A DNA stretch of 64,000 bases from Acutalibacteraceae bacterium (GCA_045639905.1 JAZUDZ010000040.1:16080-80079); one strand, 5' to 3'. Numbered from the stretch's first letter, positions 46,610 to 57,153 are shown. Numbers and translations are program-made. Notes: a model not told the origin generated them from the letters alone.

Positions 46610-47209
46610 ATGAAAGCTTCGAAAAAAACAACAGAATATGCTGTATCCTTTCGAGACCTGTTTGTGAATTTTTTCAAAATCGGTTTGTTCACATTCGGCG
46701 GCGGCTATGCCATGATTTCCGTCATGAGTGAAGAACTGTGTCAGAAAAAGAAATGGATAACCAATGAAGAAATGCTGGACATGGTGGCTCTTTCGGAGTC
46801 AACACCGGGACCGGTGGCCATTAATGCGGCTACAAACATCGGCTATCGTCTTCGTGGGATACCGGGTGCCTTGGTGGCAACGGGTGCGGAGATATTGCCG
46901 GCGTTTATCATTATGTTTGTGTTGTCTTTTTTTCTGGATGCCTTTATGCAGATTCCGATTATTTCTTCGGCGTTTAAAGGGATTCAGTGTGCGGTTGTCG
47001 TACTGATTTTGCGTGCCGGATATTCACTGCTCAAAGGGCTGAAGAGGACACCCCTCAGTTTGTGTATCGTCTCTGCGGTGACACTGGGGCTCTTGCTGAT
47101 ACACATTTTTGCATGGAATTTCTCTTCGCTTTTATTTATTGTATTCGCTGCGTGTATCGGTCTTGTTTTCGGACTTGTATCGAAAAAAGAAAAGGAGGAT
47201 CCATCATGA
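46610..47209 (+). CDS. Chromate-transporter-family (ChrA) half-size protein
   Basis: FFKIGLFTFGGGYAMISVM...SESTPGPVAINAATNIGY. Confidence 0.8.
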   Translation: MKASKKTTEYAVSFRDLFVNFFKIGLFTFGGGYAMISVMSEELCQKKKWITNEEMLDMVALSESTPGPVAINAATNIGYRLRGIPGALVATGAEILPAFIIMFVLSFFLDAFMQIPIISSAFKGIQCAVVVLILRAGYSLLKGLKRTPLSLCIVSAVTLGLLLIHIFAWNFSSLLFIVFAACIGLVFGLVSKKEKEDPS

Positions 47210-47766
47210 TTTATATTCTCCTTTTTTGGACGTTTTTGAAAATCGGTGCGTTTTCCTTTGGCGGCGGGTATGCCATGATTTCCCCGGTGCAGGAGGCCGT
47301 GGTTCAGCACGGCTGGATGGATGCCGACACCTTTATGAAGTTTCTCGGTGTTTGCGAGTCCACTCCGGGACCGCTGATGATCAATATGGCCACCTATGTG
47401 GGATCGACCCAGGGGGGGCTTCTCGGTGCATTTTGTGCCACACTCGGGGCGATTTTACCCTCCATAGTAATTATGCTTCTCCTGTCGACCATATTAAAAA
47501 CTTTCCAGGAGAATCACGTGGTGAAATCGGTGCTGGAATGCATTCGTCCGGCCGCTCTCGGACTGATTTTGGCAACCGGACTTTGGATGCTGTACACACT
47601 GGTTTTACCGACCGGATTTGCCCCGTTGGCCGTGGACTGGAAATCTCTTGTTTTGACGGGAGTTTTGCTGGCCGTTCCGCCTTTATATCATAGGTGGAAA
47701 CAAAAGAAATTTTCGGCGATTGCTTTGATTGGTATATCGGCCGTTTTCGGTATACTTCTTTTTTGA
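47206..47766 (+). CDS. Chromate-transporter-family (ChrA) half-size protein, second subunit
   Basis: FLKIGAFSFGGGYAMISPV...CESTPGPLMINMATYVG. ATGA overlap with the first half. Confidence 0.8.
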   Translation: MIYILLFWTFLKIGAFSFGGGYAMISPVQEAVVQHGWMDADTFMKFLGVCESTPGPLMINMATYVGSTQGGLLGAFCATLGAILPSIVIMLLLSTILKTFQENHVVKSVLECIRPAALGLILATGLWMLYTLVLPTGFAPLAVDWKSLVLTGVLLAVPPLYHRWKQKKFSAIALIGISAVFGILLF

Positions 47767-47825
47767 GAATGTTGAAAAAATCGCCAAATGATGTATAATA
47801 TGTAACGTATTTCTTATGAAAGCAG

Positions 47826-49835
47826 GTGACAACTGTGCCCAAAAGTATTTTCTCCAAAGCCATTTTCCGAACAGCACTTCCGGAATGGCTGATGTATGTT
47901 TTTATCAATTTATGGGCAGAGTTTTGGCTTCGACTCGGAACGACTACAAAAGATCTTCCGTTTTGGAAAGGCGGAATATACTTTACGCTGGTCGTTACCA
48001 TTTGCGGAGCATCTCTTTACTATTTGCTGTGTTCATTTTTTAACCGAAAAATACGAACAGCGCTTCTAAGTTTCGGCGTTTGCCTGTCTACGCTGATTTG
48101 TATGGTGCAATTGGTCTATTTCCATATTTTCGGGACCTATTTCATTATCTTTTCCATTAAAACCCTGGGCAAGGCCGTGGACACCTTCACGGATGTCATG
48201 TTTGCATCCATTTGGAGTGTTATTATTTTCCTGCTGCTGATGCTGCTTCCGGTGGCACTGTGGTTTTGGAAGTCCATTGTGCGCGTCAGAAAAGTCAAGG
48301 CAGGCTATGGGGAACGTGTGGTTATCGGTTTGATTGTTCTCGTGAACTATATTCTGCTTCTGTTTGGATTGCTTGTCGGCGGCCGCAGCGATTTGTCTCC
48401 GCATTATCTGTACTGGAACAATCTGGAGGTAACGCCATGTGTCAGAACCTTCGGTGCCGTCAACACGCTCCGTTTGGATCTCAAATATCAGGTGTTCGGA
48501 ACCAAATCCGCCAGTGTCAGCGGGAAGGGACCAAATGATCTGGACGGCACAGACGAGGGCAAAAAAGAAAAGGAAGAAACATCTAAAGAGCCGGTTAAAT
48601 ACAATACCATGAATATTGATTTTGATGCGGCCATCAATAACACTTCCAGTTCGGAGATTCAGGATTTGCATGAATACTTCAAGGAAGTGACGCCCACAAA
48701 ACAAAACCAGTATACGGGTATGTTTAAAGGAAAGAACGTTATCTTGATTACGGCCGAAGGATTCAGCACCTGTGCGATGGATCCGGTGCGTACACCGACC
48801 TTGTATAAGATGGCACACGAAGGACTGGATTTCACCAATTATTACTCTCCCGGTTGGGGTGTATCCACACTGGACGGCGAGTATGTGAACCTGGTCGGCC
48901 TCATTCCGAAATCCAATGTGTGGAGTATGTGGCGAGCCAAGGATAACGATCTTCATTTTACGGTCGGTAACGTCACCAAACGACTTGGCTATTTGAATCT
49001 TGCTTATCATAACAACAGTTACGACTATTACAGCCGAAACGAAAGTCATTATAATCTCGGGTATGACTGGATTGCCATCGGCAACGGCCTTGAGCTGGAA
49101 CACAGCGTGTGGCCGAATTCCGATGAAGAAATGATTGCCGCCACAACCGGCAATTACTTAACCAGTGACAAGCCGTTCTCGGTTTATTACTTAACGGTTT
49201 CCGGACATGCCAACTACAATTTCCCCGGAAATATGATGGCAACCTGGAACAAGGCTGTTGTGGATAATCTGGAAGGATATTCCGAAGAAGCGAAAGCCTA
49301 TCTAGCCTGCCAGTATGAACTGGAAAAAGCCATGACGCTCCTTCTTCAGAGACTTACCGAGGCAGGAAAGCTGGACGATACGCTGATTGTCTTGGCGGCT
49401 GACCATTATCCTTATGGACTCAGTGCAGAGGCTCAAAAGGAATTCTACGGACAAAACTTTGACGAGAACTTTGATGAGTATCATAACACTTTGATTGTGT
49501 ACAACCCGAAGTTCAAACATACCGTTATAGAAAAGCCGTGCTATTCCATTGACATTTTGCCGACGGTTCTGAATTTGATGGGAGCCGAATACGATTCCCG
49601 CTTGCTGATGGGTACCGATATTCTTTCCGATTCTTCCGGCTTGATTATTTTCAATAACCGTTCCTGGATCACGGAAAAAGGTCGGTATAATTCCCAGACG
49701 GGAACCTTTGAACCGAACCCCGGTGTTTCGGTTTCGAACGACTATATCGACACGGTTTGCTCCATTGTATCAAAGAAATTCAGCGTCTCAACCATGATGC
49801 TGGATGACGATTATTACGGCAAACTATTCTCGTAA
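47826..49835 (+). CDS. LtaS-family (sulfatase-fold) membrane phosphoglycerol/phospho-alcohol transferase
   Basis: Five N-terminal TM helices, then an extracellular alkaline-phosphatase-superfamily domain (NVILITAEGFS, GWGVSTLDGEY, TVSGHANY, LAADHYPYG). The start is uncertain (GTG 47826 or GTG 47835). Confidence 0.65.
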   Translation: MTTVPKSIFSKAIFRTALPEWLMYVFINLWAEFWLRLGTTTKDLPFWKGGIYFTLVVTICGASLYYLLCSFFNRKIRTALLSFGVCLSTLICMVQLVYFHIFGTYFIIFSIKTLGKAVDTFTDVMFASIWSVIIFLLLMLLPVALWFWKSIVRVRKVKAGYGERVVIGLIVLVNYILLLFGLLVGGRSDLSPHYLYWNNLEVTPCVRTFGAVNTLRLDLKYQVFGTKSASVSGKGPNDLDGTDEGKKEKEETSKEPVKYNTMNIDFDAAINNTSSSEIQDLHEYFKEVTPTKQNQYTGMFKGKNVILITAEGFSTCAMDPVRTPTLYKMAHEGLDFTNYYSPGWGVSTLDGEYVNLVGLIPKSNVWSMWRAKDNDLHFTVGNVTKRLGYLNLAYHNNSYDYYSRNESHYNLGYDWIAIGNGLELEHSVWPNSDEEMIAATTGNYLTSDKPFSVYYLTVSGHANYNFPGNMMATWNKAVVDNLEGYSEEAKAYLACQYELEKAMTLLLQRLTEAGKLDDTLIVLAADHYPYGLSAEAQKEFYGQNFDENFDEYHNTLIVYNPKFKHTVIEKPCYSIDILPTVLNLMGAEYDSRLLMGTDILSDSSGLIIFNNRSWITEKGRYNSQTGTFEPNPGVSVSNDYIDTVCSIVSKKFSVSTMMLDDDYYGKLFS

Positions 49836-49840
49836 GCAAA

Positions 49841-49883
49841 AGCTCGTCAAAGGATTTTTCCTTTGACGAGCTTCTTCTTTGTG
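49841..49883. terminator. Bidirectional intrinsic terminator
   Basis: AAGCTCGTCAAAGG-attttt-CCTTTGACGAGCTT followed by a T-rich run. Confidence 0.7.
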
Positions 49884-49887
49884 TGTG

Positions 49888-50130
49888 TTACGGTTCTTCC
49901 GGTGTGTCGTTGTTGTCTTTTTCCGTTTCTTCTTCAGAGGACTCTTCGGATTCTTCTGTTTTCTTGACCCGGATGGTTTGCGCCGCGCCTAAACAAAGAT
50001 AGGTGCTGCCGAGACACAAAAACAGGACGGCGGATGAACTGTGGTTTACAAAACCGAGAATAGAGGAAACATAGAAAAGAGCAGAGGCTAAATAGAACAA
50101 AAACGCAGTGGTCTTTTGTTTGTTTTTCAT
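49888..50130 (-). CDS. Small two-TM protein with strongly acidic C-terminal tail (hypothetical)
   Basis: 80 aa from ATG 50130, with two hydrophobic helices followed by EESEESSEEETEKDNNDTPEEP. Confidence 0.45.
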   Translation of the reverse strand: MKNKQKTTAFLFYLASALFYVSSILGFVNHSSSAVLFLCLGSTYLCLGAAQTIRVKKTEESEESSEEETEKDNNDTPEEP

Positions 50131-50145
50131 GGAAATCACTCTTTC

Positions 50146-50619
50146 TTAAGCTGCTGAAGAAGAGTTTTCTTCCAAATACGTGGTAATATACGGAGCGATG
50201 GTGTCCAGTGTGTGTGTCAGACCGTTTCCGGCATGCTTCAGCGCACTTTTTAATCCAAAGAAACCGACAACACTGAGGATGACGGTGATCACCAGCCATA
50301 CGCAGGCGGCCTGGGCAAAGTGTTTGACGTTGAGATTCTTAGCCAGAACGGCCATCAAAATCATGGCGACAAAACCGATGCAGGGAATACAGAATAGAAG
50401 GATCAAACCTACATAGGCTATGGTGCTGAGAGGTTTGCAGGATTTCACCTTCGGCTCCTTGGCTTCCGGTTCGGGAAGAAATTCTTCCATCGGTTCGGAT
50501 ACGGCGGGAATTATTTCTTCGTCGCTGCACTCCACTTCCGACAAATCTTCACCGCAGACGGTACAAAATTTCGGATTGTCCGGCAGTACCGAATCACAAT
50601 ACGGGCATACTTTAGACAT
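50146..50619 (-). CDS. Zinc-ribbon domain membrane protein (hypothetical)
   Basis: CPYCDSVLPDNPKFCTVCG zinc ribbon, acidic linker and two or three TM helices. AAGGAG RBS 8 nt before ATG 50619. Confidence 0.6.
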   Translation of the reverse strand: MSKVCPYCDSVLPDNPKFCTVCGEDLSEVECSDEEIIPAVSEPMEEFLPEPEAKEPKVKSCKPLSTIAYVGLILLFCIPCIGFVAMILMAVLAKNLNVKHFAQAACVWLVITVILSVVGFFGLKSALKHAGNGLTHTLDTIAPYITTYLEENSSSAA

Positions 50620-50735
50620 CAGAATCACTCCTTTTCTTTGCTATACGATAGCATATTTGAAGATGCCCCGCAAGAAAAGATTATGGATTTTTTGGTTTTT
50701 GTGATATACTAAATATATATGGAGGTGAGAAACGT

Positions 50736-51692
50736 ATGCTGTTTTGGAAAAAGAAAAAAGAACTGGACAAGGAACTGCTTTTGGTGATTAATCCGTGTGC
50801 GGGACATAAGCAAGGAATGCGTTTCTTGCATCTGATTAAGGAGCAATTGGAAGTCGGGGGATACCGCACGGATGTGTATAAAACATCGGCTCGCGGTGAC
50901 GCTACGGACTATGTGGAAAGAAACTCCCTTTGGTATGATGCCGTTGTGGCCGTCGGTGGGGACGGTACACTGAACGAAGTCATTGCCGGACTGATGAAAG
51001 CCAAAACGGAAATCCCGGTTGGCTACATTCCCGCCGGCAGTACAAACGATCTGGCCAGCAGTCTCGGCTTGTCTCCCATTCCGACACAAGCTGCGGCGGA
51101 TATCGCAAACGGTACAATCCAAACGATGGATATCGGAGAGTTTAACGGACGTCCGTTTACCTATGTTGCTTCCTGCGGCATCTTCACGCATGCATCCTAC
51201 ACGGCCCCTCAGCAGATCAAAAACATTTTCGGTCATTTGGCCTATATTTTTGAAGGTATCAAGGATCTTAAAACCATCCATCCCATTCATCTGAAGGCAG
51301 AGACGGAGGAGGGCACATATGAGGATGACTACATTTTCGCCGCTTTGTGTAATTCCACGTCCTGCGGTGGTGTTCTGAAACTGGACAAAAATCAGGTGGA
51401 CCTGAACGACGGGCTTTTGGAACTCCTTTTGATTCACATGCCGAAGGATGTGCTGGAGCTCGGACAAATTGCAGCAGCGCTGACATCTCACAAATATGCG
51501 GAGTGCCCGTATCTGGAGTTCCATTCGGTATCGTCCGTCACAATCACCGCGCCACCGGATGAACCGTGGACGCTGGACGGAGAACGGGAAGATGGAGCGG
51601 AAACCATTGTTATTAAGAATCATTATAACGCCTATCGCCTGTTACATCGAAAAAAAGTCGGTCACGAAGTGAAAAAAAGAATGAGTGACTGA
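50736..51692 (+). CDS. dagK: Diacylglycerol/lipid kinase (DagK/YegS family)
   Basis: LLVINPCAG, VAVGGDGTLNEV and GYIPAGSTNDLA motifs. Confidence 0.85.
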   Translation: MLFWKKKKELDKELLLVINPCAGHKQGMRFLHLIKEQLEVGGYRTDVYKTSARGDATDYVERNSLWYDAVVAVGGDGTLNEVIAGLMKAKTEIPVGYIPAGSTNDLASSLGLSPIPTQAAADIANGTIQTMDIGEFNGRPFTYVASCGIFTHASYTAPQQIKNIFGHLAYIFEGIKDLKTIHPIHLKAETEEGTYEDDYIFAALCNSTSCGGVLKLDKNQVDLNDGLLELLLIHMPKDVLELGQIAAALTSHKYAECPYLEFHSVSSVTITAPPDEPWTLDGEREDGAETIVIKNHYNAYRLLHRKKVGHEVKKRMSD

Positions 51693-51707
51693 GTTTCCTT
51701 GTTTTTC

Positions 51708-51737
51708 TTGACAACCGACCTATATAGTAGATATAAT
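51708..51737 (+). promoter_or_regulatory. Sigma-A promoter of the pheST leader
   Basis: TTGACA, 18-nt spacer, TATAAT. Confidence 0.55.
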
Positions 51738-51744
51738 AGCAAAT

Positions 51745-51990
51745 GATATCGGCTATGACGAAGTGCGCTTTGTGAATAAACGAGCAACAGGAAGAGGGTT
51801 CACCGACTGAGAGACCTTCGGCCCGCGTCACACGGCATTTCCCTTCTGAGCTTCCTGCGTGAACGGTCAGTAGTGCAGGACGGGACATCCCGTTACAGAT
51901 GCAAAAGAGGCAGCCTTTGCTGCAACTTGGGTGGTACCACGGAGTTTACAGCTTCGTCCCTTGGAGGACGGAGCTGTTTTATTTTTTTGT
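51745..51990 (+). promoter_or_regulatory. T-box leader (Phe) with terminator/antiterminator
   Basis: T-box sequence AACTTGGGTGGTACCACGG (51924-51942) and F-box CCGTTA (51889-51894). Stem I base CAGGAAG/CTTCCTG has TTC triplets at 51817 and 51844. Terminator ACAGCTTCGTCC-cttgga-GGACGGAGCTGT plus a T-run. Confidence 0.85.
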
Positions 51991-52015
51991 AACAAACCGA
52001 AATTGAGGTGGAAAT

Positions 52016-53038
52016 ATGGAAGAAAAGATTAAAGAACTGCGCGCACAGGTGGAAGAGTCCCTGGCGACTGTGCAGTCCAAGGAAGATTTGGCTGCATTTT
52101 GGCAGACATTTCTCAGCAAAAAGGGAAGCATTCCCGGTCTAATGAAAGGTCTCGGTGCCTGTGCACCCGAAGAGCGCCCGGCCATGGGTAAACTGATTAA
52201 CGAGTTTAAGGACCAGGTGCAAAAGCAGTATGAGGAAATGGCTGCTCAAATGGAAGAGAAGGAACTTGCGGAGCGCAACCTCAGCGAGCAGGTGGATATT
52301 ACCATGCCGTCAAAGAAGCGGACTCCCGGTGCTCTTCACCCGATTACCATCACGAAAAACCAAATGATGGACGTGTTCTCGGGAATGGGCTTTGAAATTT
52401 ACGAGGGACCGGAAATCGAAGACGATGAGCACAATTTTACCAGTTTGAATGTTGCCAAAAACCATCCGGCCCGTGATATGCAGGATACCTTCTACGTAAC
52501 GGAGGATATTTTGCTTCGTACGCATACAAGTCCAGGACAGATTCGTGTGATGAATGCGAAAAAGCCGCCGATTAAGGTGCTGGTTCCCGGACGTGTGTTC
52601 CGTTCTGACAGTGATGCGACGCACTCGCCGCAGTTCCATCAGATGGAAGGCCTGGTTGTGGATAAAGGAATCACTCTTTGTGATTTGCAGGGAATGCTGG
52701 ATGAATTCGTTAAGAAGATTTTCGGCGGCGACGTAAAAACCCGTTTGCGTCCCAGTTATTTCCCGTTTACCGAGCCCAGCGTCGAGGTGGATGTCAGTTG
52801 CTTTGAGTGCGGCGGCAAAGGCTGCAGTCTCTGCAAAGGAACCGGTTGGATTGAGGTTCTTGGCGGTGGTATTGTTCACCACAAGGTTCTGGAGAATTGC
52901 GGAATTGATCCTAGTGAATACTCCGGACTGGCTTTCGGTATCGGTATTGAGCGTATCGCCATGCTGAAATATGGTATTAACAACATCGGACTGCTGTATG
53001 AGAACGATTTACGTTTCTTAAAGCAGTTTAAGGATTAA
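52016..53038 (+). CDS. pheS: Phenylalanine--tRNA ligase alpha subunit
   Basis: [29 protein letters not shown] and [13 protein letters not shown] class II motifs. Confidence 0.95.
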   Translation: MEEKIKELRAQVEESLATVQSKEDLAAFWQTFLSKKGSIPGLMKGLGACAPEERPAMGKLINEFKDQVQKQYEEMAAQMEEKELAERNLSEQVDITMPSKKRTPGALHPITITKNQMMDVFSGMGFEIYEGPEIEDDEHNFTSLNVAKNHPARDMQDTFYVTEDILLRTHTSPGQIRVMNAKKPPIKVLVPGRVFRSDSDATHSPQFHQMEGLVVDKGITLCDLQGMLDEFVKKIFGGDVKTRLRPSYFPFTEPSVEVDVSCFECGGKGCSLCKGTGWIEVLGGGIVHHKVLENCGIDPSEYSGLAFGIGIERIAMLKYGINNIGLLYENDLRFLKQFKD

Positions 53039-53053
53039 GGGAGGCGACGAACA

Positions 53054-55495
53054 ATGAAAGTACCGTTTAGTTGGCTCAAGGAGTTCGTCGACATCGACGT
53101 CACGGCACAGGAACTGGAAACGAAACTGTTTGACTGTGGTTTTGAGGTCGAGGAACTGATTGAAGTCGGTCATGACATTTCAGGTGTTGTGGTCGGTCTC
53201 GTAAAAGAATGTGAACCGATTCCGGACACCCATTTGCACGTATGTCAGGTGGATGCCGGCACCGGAGAATTACTCCAAATTTGCTGCGGCGCGGACAATG
53301 TATGTGTCGGTAAAAAATTCCCGGTGGCTTTGGACGGGGCAACCGTTTTGGCAACGGGAAAAGACCACAAGACGATTGAGGGCGTTGCGAAAATCAAAAA
53401 AGGAAAACTCAGAGGATATGACAGCTTCGGTATGCTTTGCAGCGGAACGGAGCTCGGCTTAAATGACGATTTGTACCCGGGTGCGGATTATTTCGGACTT
53501 TTGGTGCTTCCGGATGACGCCGAAATCGGTGCGGACATTAAACCGCTGGTCGGAATGGATGATTATATTTTTGATATTTCCATTACGGCCAACCGTGCTG
53601 ACTGTCAATCGGTTCTCGGTATCGCACGCGAAGTGGCGGCGGTTCTGAACAAGCCTTTAAAAATGCCGGCCACCGATTATACCTGTACGGATTATGTATT
53701 TGACGGCCTTCAGATTCGTGTGGATGCACCGGATCTTTGCCCTCGTTATTTGGGACATGCCGTTCACAATATTACCCCGACCACCTCTCCGGCATGGATG
53801 CGTCGGTATCTTGCCTTGAGCGGCCTTCGCAGTATTTCCAACGTGGTGGATATTACCAACTATGTTATGCTGGAAATCGGACAGCCGATGCATGCCTTTG
53901 ATATGGATACGCTGGAAAGCAAGCAGATTATCGTTCGTCGTGCCAATCCCGGTGAAAAGATTGTGACGCTGGATGAGAAAGAGTTTACTCTGACGGATCA
54001 GAATCTGGTGATTTGTGACGGGAGCAAACCGGTGGCTTTGGCCGGCGTTATGGGTGGTTTGAACAGTGAAATTACGGAGAACACCACTCAGCTTTTGTTT
54101 GAATCCGCCAAGTTCATGCGTGACAACATTCGAAAAACAGCCAGAAGCCTCGGACAGAATACCGATTCCTCTTCCCATTTCGAAAAGGGTATTTCGGAAT
54201 ACAGCGTAGAACTGGGTATGGCCCGTGCACTTCATCTGATTCAGGAACTCGGTTGCGGTGAAATTACTTCGAGTGCCTTTGATTGCTCGGCCGGCGCTCC
54301 GCGTGTGGGCAAAAGTTTTACGGCCACCTTCAGCGGGATTAATAAAATTCTCGGTATTTCCGTTCCGAAAGAAGAAGTTTTGGCCATCCTGAAGAAACTG
54401 AATTTTGAAGTGGAGGCCGATGGTGATACCATGCAGGTGGTAGCTCCCCGGTATCGTGAGGATATTGAGGTGGGTGAGCCTGATTTGGCGGAAGAGATTA
54501 TCCGCGAATACGGATACGGTCATTTGGTCCCCACATTCCTGAAATCGGCTGCCGTAACAAACGGTGGATTGAATAAAGCTCAGCAGCATGCGGCAAAGGT
54601 TAAAACGACTATGTGTGCGGAAGGCTTTTATGAGGTTTCAACTTTAGCCTTCTATGCAGACAGCGACTTGGATGCGGTTCGTTTGGCTGCAGATGCACCG
54701 GAACGCAACGCCATTCATTTGCTGAATCCGATTTCTTCCAATTTGACGACAATGCGCACTTTGCTGGTTCCGTCCATGCTCCATACGGTTGTTGAAAACC
54801 TGAAGCGCGGAAATAACGGCGGCCGTATTTTCGAAATGGGCAATGTATATCGGCCGAAGCAGGTACCGATGACGGAACTCCCCTTGGAAATCCCGCATGT
54901 CGGATTTGCCGTGTTCGGTGATGAGGAAGACTTCTTTACGGTGAAAGGTGCTGTGGAGTCTCTCGGTGAGGCATTTGGCTTAACCTTTACCTTTGAGCGT
55001 GCCACCGATGTACCGTACTTGCACCCGGGTGTTGCCGCTGATATTATGTGCGGAGATACCAAAATCGGTTGTTTCGGAAAACTGGCCAACGAAATCGTGA
55101 AAGATTTGGATTTGCCGAAAGACAGCAAAGAAAGCCATCCGATTTATCTCGGAGAAATTGATTATTCCGTTTTGGAACCGCTGATTCCCGATGTGGTTCG
55201 ATATCAGCCGATTTCCGAGTTCCCGGATGCCAAACGCGACCTTTCTTTGGTTGTTGACGAAAGCATGGCCTGCGGCGATATCGTAAGCGAAATCAAGAAC
55301 GCCTGCAAGCAGGTGACAGATGTAGCACTCTTTGATATTTATCGCGGTGAGCAGATTGGAGAAGGAAAGAAGAGCATGAGTTTCAGCATTTCCTTCGCTG
55401 CCGGTGAAAAAGCATTGGATCCGGCTGACCTGGATCGATTCATTAAAAAGATTCTAGGTAATCTTAAATATCGTTTGAATATTGATATTCGCTGA
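53054..55495 (+). CDS. pheT: Phenylalanine--tRNA ligase beta subunit
   Basis: MKVPFSWLKEFVDI N-terminus, tRNA-binding, B3/4, B5 and FDX-ACB domains in order, 813 aa. Confidence 0.95.
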   Translation: MKVPFSWLKEFVDIDVTAQELETKLFDCGFEVEELIEVGHDISGVVVGLVKECEPIPDTHLHVCQVDAGTGELLQICCGADNVCVGKKFPVALDGATVLATGKDHKTIEGVAKIKKGKLRGYDSFGMLCSGTELGLNDDLYPGADYFGLLVLPDDAEIGADIKPLVGMDDYIFDISITANRADCQSVLGIAREVAAVLNKPLKMPATDYTCTDYVFDGLQIRVDAPDLCPRYLGHAVHNITPTTSPAWMRRYLALSGLRSISNVVDITNYVMLEIGQPMHAFDMDTLESKQIIVRRANPGEKIVTLDEKEFTLTDQNLVICDGSKPVALAGVMGGLNSEITENTTQLLFESAKFMRDNIRKTARSLGQNTDSSSHFEKGISEYSVELGMARALHLIQELGCGEITSSAFDCSAGAPRVGKSFTATFSGINKILGISVPKEEVLAILKKLNFEVEADGDTMQVVAPRYREDIEVGEPDLAEEIIREYGYGHLVPTFLKSAAVTNGGLNKAQQHAAKVKTTMCAEGFYEVSTLAFYADSDLDAVRLAADAPERNAIHLLNPISSNLTTMRTLLVPSMLHTVVENLKRGNNGGRIFEMGNVYRPKQVPMTELPLEIPHVGFAVFGDEEDFFTVKGAVESLGEAFGLTFTFERATDVPYLHPGVAADIMCGDTKIGCFGKLANEIVKDLDLPKDSKESHPIYLGEIDYSVLEPLIPDVVRYQPISEFPDAKRDLSLVVDESMACGDIVSEIKNACKQVTDVALFDIYRGEQIGEGKKSMSFSISFAAGEKALDPADLDRFIKKILGNLKYRLNIDIR

Positions 55496-55497
55496 CA

Positions 55498-55541
55498 AAA
55501 AACAAGCGACTGAAAAATTTCAGTCGCTTGTTTCTTTTTTC
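55498..55541. terminator. Bidirectional intrinsic terminator
   Basis: AACAAGCGACTGAAA-aa-TTTCAGTCGCTTGTT followed by a T-run. Confidence 0.75.
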
Positions 55542-55595
55542 TTGTTACGCGGTAAATGACGAAGGGGAACTTTTTGCATGGCATATCTATGTGCG

Positions 55596-56807
55596 TTAAA
55601 AGTCCGTCTTTTTTCGAAAATAATTTCGATATTGAATATTTAGGTGAGATCCAGGGAACAGGTAATCGTACAAATCCACCATATAGTCGTCGGTCATACT
55701 GGCAATGTAATCCACAACAATTTGATGGGGTTCGGTCTCTGCGTAAGGAACGTCTCGTTCATAATGGGCTTTTTCAATATAATCAATGTGTTGGGTGAAA
55801 ATGGGAGACGTAGTACGGTTGTCTTGCAAATCTTTTAGAAAATGAACATATAAGCGTTCTAAAATCGGCTGAACGATGGTATTCATCTGTGTTTTTACGA
55901 TATCGTTCTCATAAATGAGAGCATAGTTCTCTTTCTTTGCCGCTTTCACGGCCTCAAAATGGTCGGTGTCCATTTTGATATAGGGTTTTCCGTAACTGTT
56001 TTCAATAATATTGACAATCAGGTTGTTTATAATTTCAGCATTAATGGTTCCGATGGCTCCTTCGGAATAAGCATCTTCCGGGCGAAGCTTGGTTCGTGCG
56101 GCATCCTGACGGTCTTTCCCTAAATAGGCGATGATATCGGAAACGCGGACAACACACCCCTCCAAGGTGTTCGGAATTAACGAGGCGATTTTGTCGGGGT
56201 TTTTAATGCATGCTTCTATTTGGTCGTCAAAGAGAGAAAATTCGGTTTGCGCTTTTGGGTAATAGGCATCCAGCTCCATTTCGCCGTTGTGAGAAGCAAT
56301 ACCGTTTAGAGTTTGCAAACTGATGTTATAGGGAAAAATCTGGTCCAAAACGCGAACGGACTGAAGGTTGTGTGCAAAATGACGACCGGTTTCCGCGGCA
56401 GATACGATATCCAGAAATTTTTCTCCGGCATGTCCAAACGGAGTGTGGCCGATATCGTGTCCGAGGGCAATGGCTTCGATTAAATCCAAATTCAAATGAA
56501 GTGCCTTGCCAATGGTGCGGGCAATACGGGATACCAGCTGCACATGTAAACCACGCCGTGTGATATCATCGTTCTTGTATAAGGAAAAAACCTGGGTCTT
56601 GTCCGCATAGCGGTTATAAAACGGGCAGTGCATGATTTTGTCAATATCGCGAATGAACGCGGTACGCCACACATTGGCCGTGTCCTTATCCATCTTGCGG
56701 CGGATGACATCCGCATCCGAAAATGCATAGGAAACGAAGGTGCCTGTTTGATTTTCGTATTCGATTCGTTCACTGAGTTCCTTGGATAGTTGTTCGTATT
56801 GCGGCAT
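55596..56807 (-). CDS. HD-domain dNTP triphosphohydrolase-like protein (dGTPase family)
   Basis: RRGLHVQLVSRIARTIG and LGHDIGHTPFGHAGE motifs. ATG 56807 has an AGGAGGTGG RBS. Confidence 0.8.
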   Translation of the reverse strand: MPQYEQLSKELSERIEYENQTGTFVSYAFSDADVIRRKMDKDTANVWRTAFIRDIDKIMHCPFYNRYADKTQVFSLYKNDDITRRGLHVQLVSRIARTIGKALHLNLDLIEAIALGHDIGHTPFGHAGEKFLDIVSAAETGRHFAHNLQSVRVLDQIFPYNISLQTLNGIASHNGEMELDAYYPKAQTEFSLFDDQIEACIKNPDKIASLIPNTLEGCVVRVSDIIAYLGKDRQDAARTKLRPEDAYSEGAIGTINAEIINNLIVNIIENSYGKPYIKMDTDHFEAVKAAKKENYALIYENDIVKTQMNTIVQPILERLYVHFLKDLQDNRTTSPIFTQHIDYIEKAHYERDVPYAETEPHQIVVDYIASMTDDYMVDLYDYLFPGSHLNIQYRNYFRKKTDF

Positions 56808-56926
56808 ACATCCACCTCCTTTTTTTGCATTATACTCCATTTTTGATTTGACGGTCAATGATTTGAAAGGACCTTTTTTGACATGGGGATGAATTGTGCT
56901 ATAATGGTGCCAAAGAAGGTGTAACC

Positions 56927-57109
56927 ATGGATGATACAAAGAAATGGGAGCTGTTAAGCCCGGAAGAGAAAAAGGTACAGCTCTACCTAAATCAAAAGAA
57001 AACACTGGATTTGTTTTTGCAAAAGGGAACCATCACACAGGCTCAGTATGACAAGAGTTTTGGAGACCTTACGGAAAAAATGGGGATGCAGGAATACAAG
57101 AATCCGTAA
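56927..57109 (+). CDS. Small hypothetical protein (60 aa, helical, Lys/Gln-rich)
   Basis: GAAGGTG RBS and a terminator immediately after the stop. No motif I recognise. Confidence 0.45.
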   Translation: MDDTKKWELLSPEEKKVQLYLNQKKTLDLFLQKGTITQAQYDKSFGDLTEKMGMQEYKNP

Positions 57110-57111
57110 CA

Positions 57112-57153
57112 AAAAGCCATGGCGTTTGTAGACGCCATGGCTTTTACTTTTTT
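57112..57153. terminator. Bidirectional intrinsic terminator
   Basis: AAAAGCCATGGCGT-ttgtag-ACGCCATGGCTTTT followed by a T-run. Confidence 0.75.

Noticed and set aside
46987-47205. Upstream extension of the second ChrA-half ORF, and the overlapping 47109-47693 alternative frame.
   Set aside because: The extension overlaps the first ChrA-half in another frame. ATG 47206 forms an ATGA stop/start junction and begins the conserved FLKIGAFSFGGGYA motif.
46610-47766. Split chromate transporter as a possible pseudogene or frameshift.
   Set aside because: Two half-size ChrA genes with a 4-nt overlap are the normal heterodimeric arrangement in many Firmicutes. Both halves keep the FGGG and STPGP motifs.
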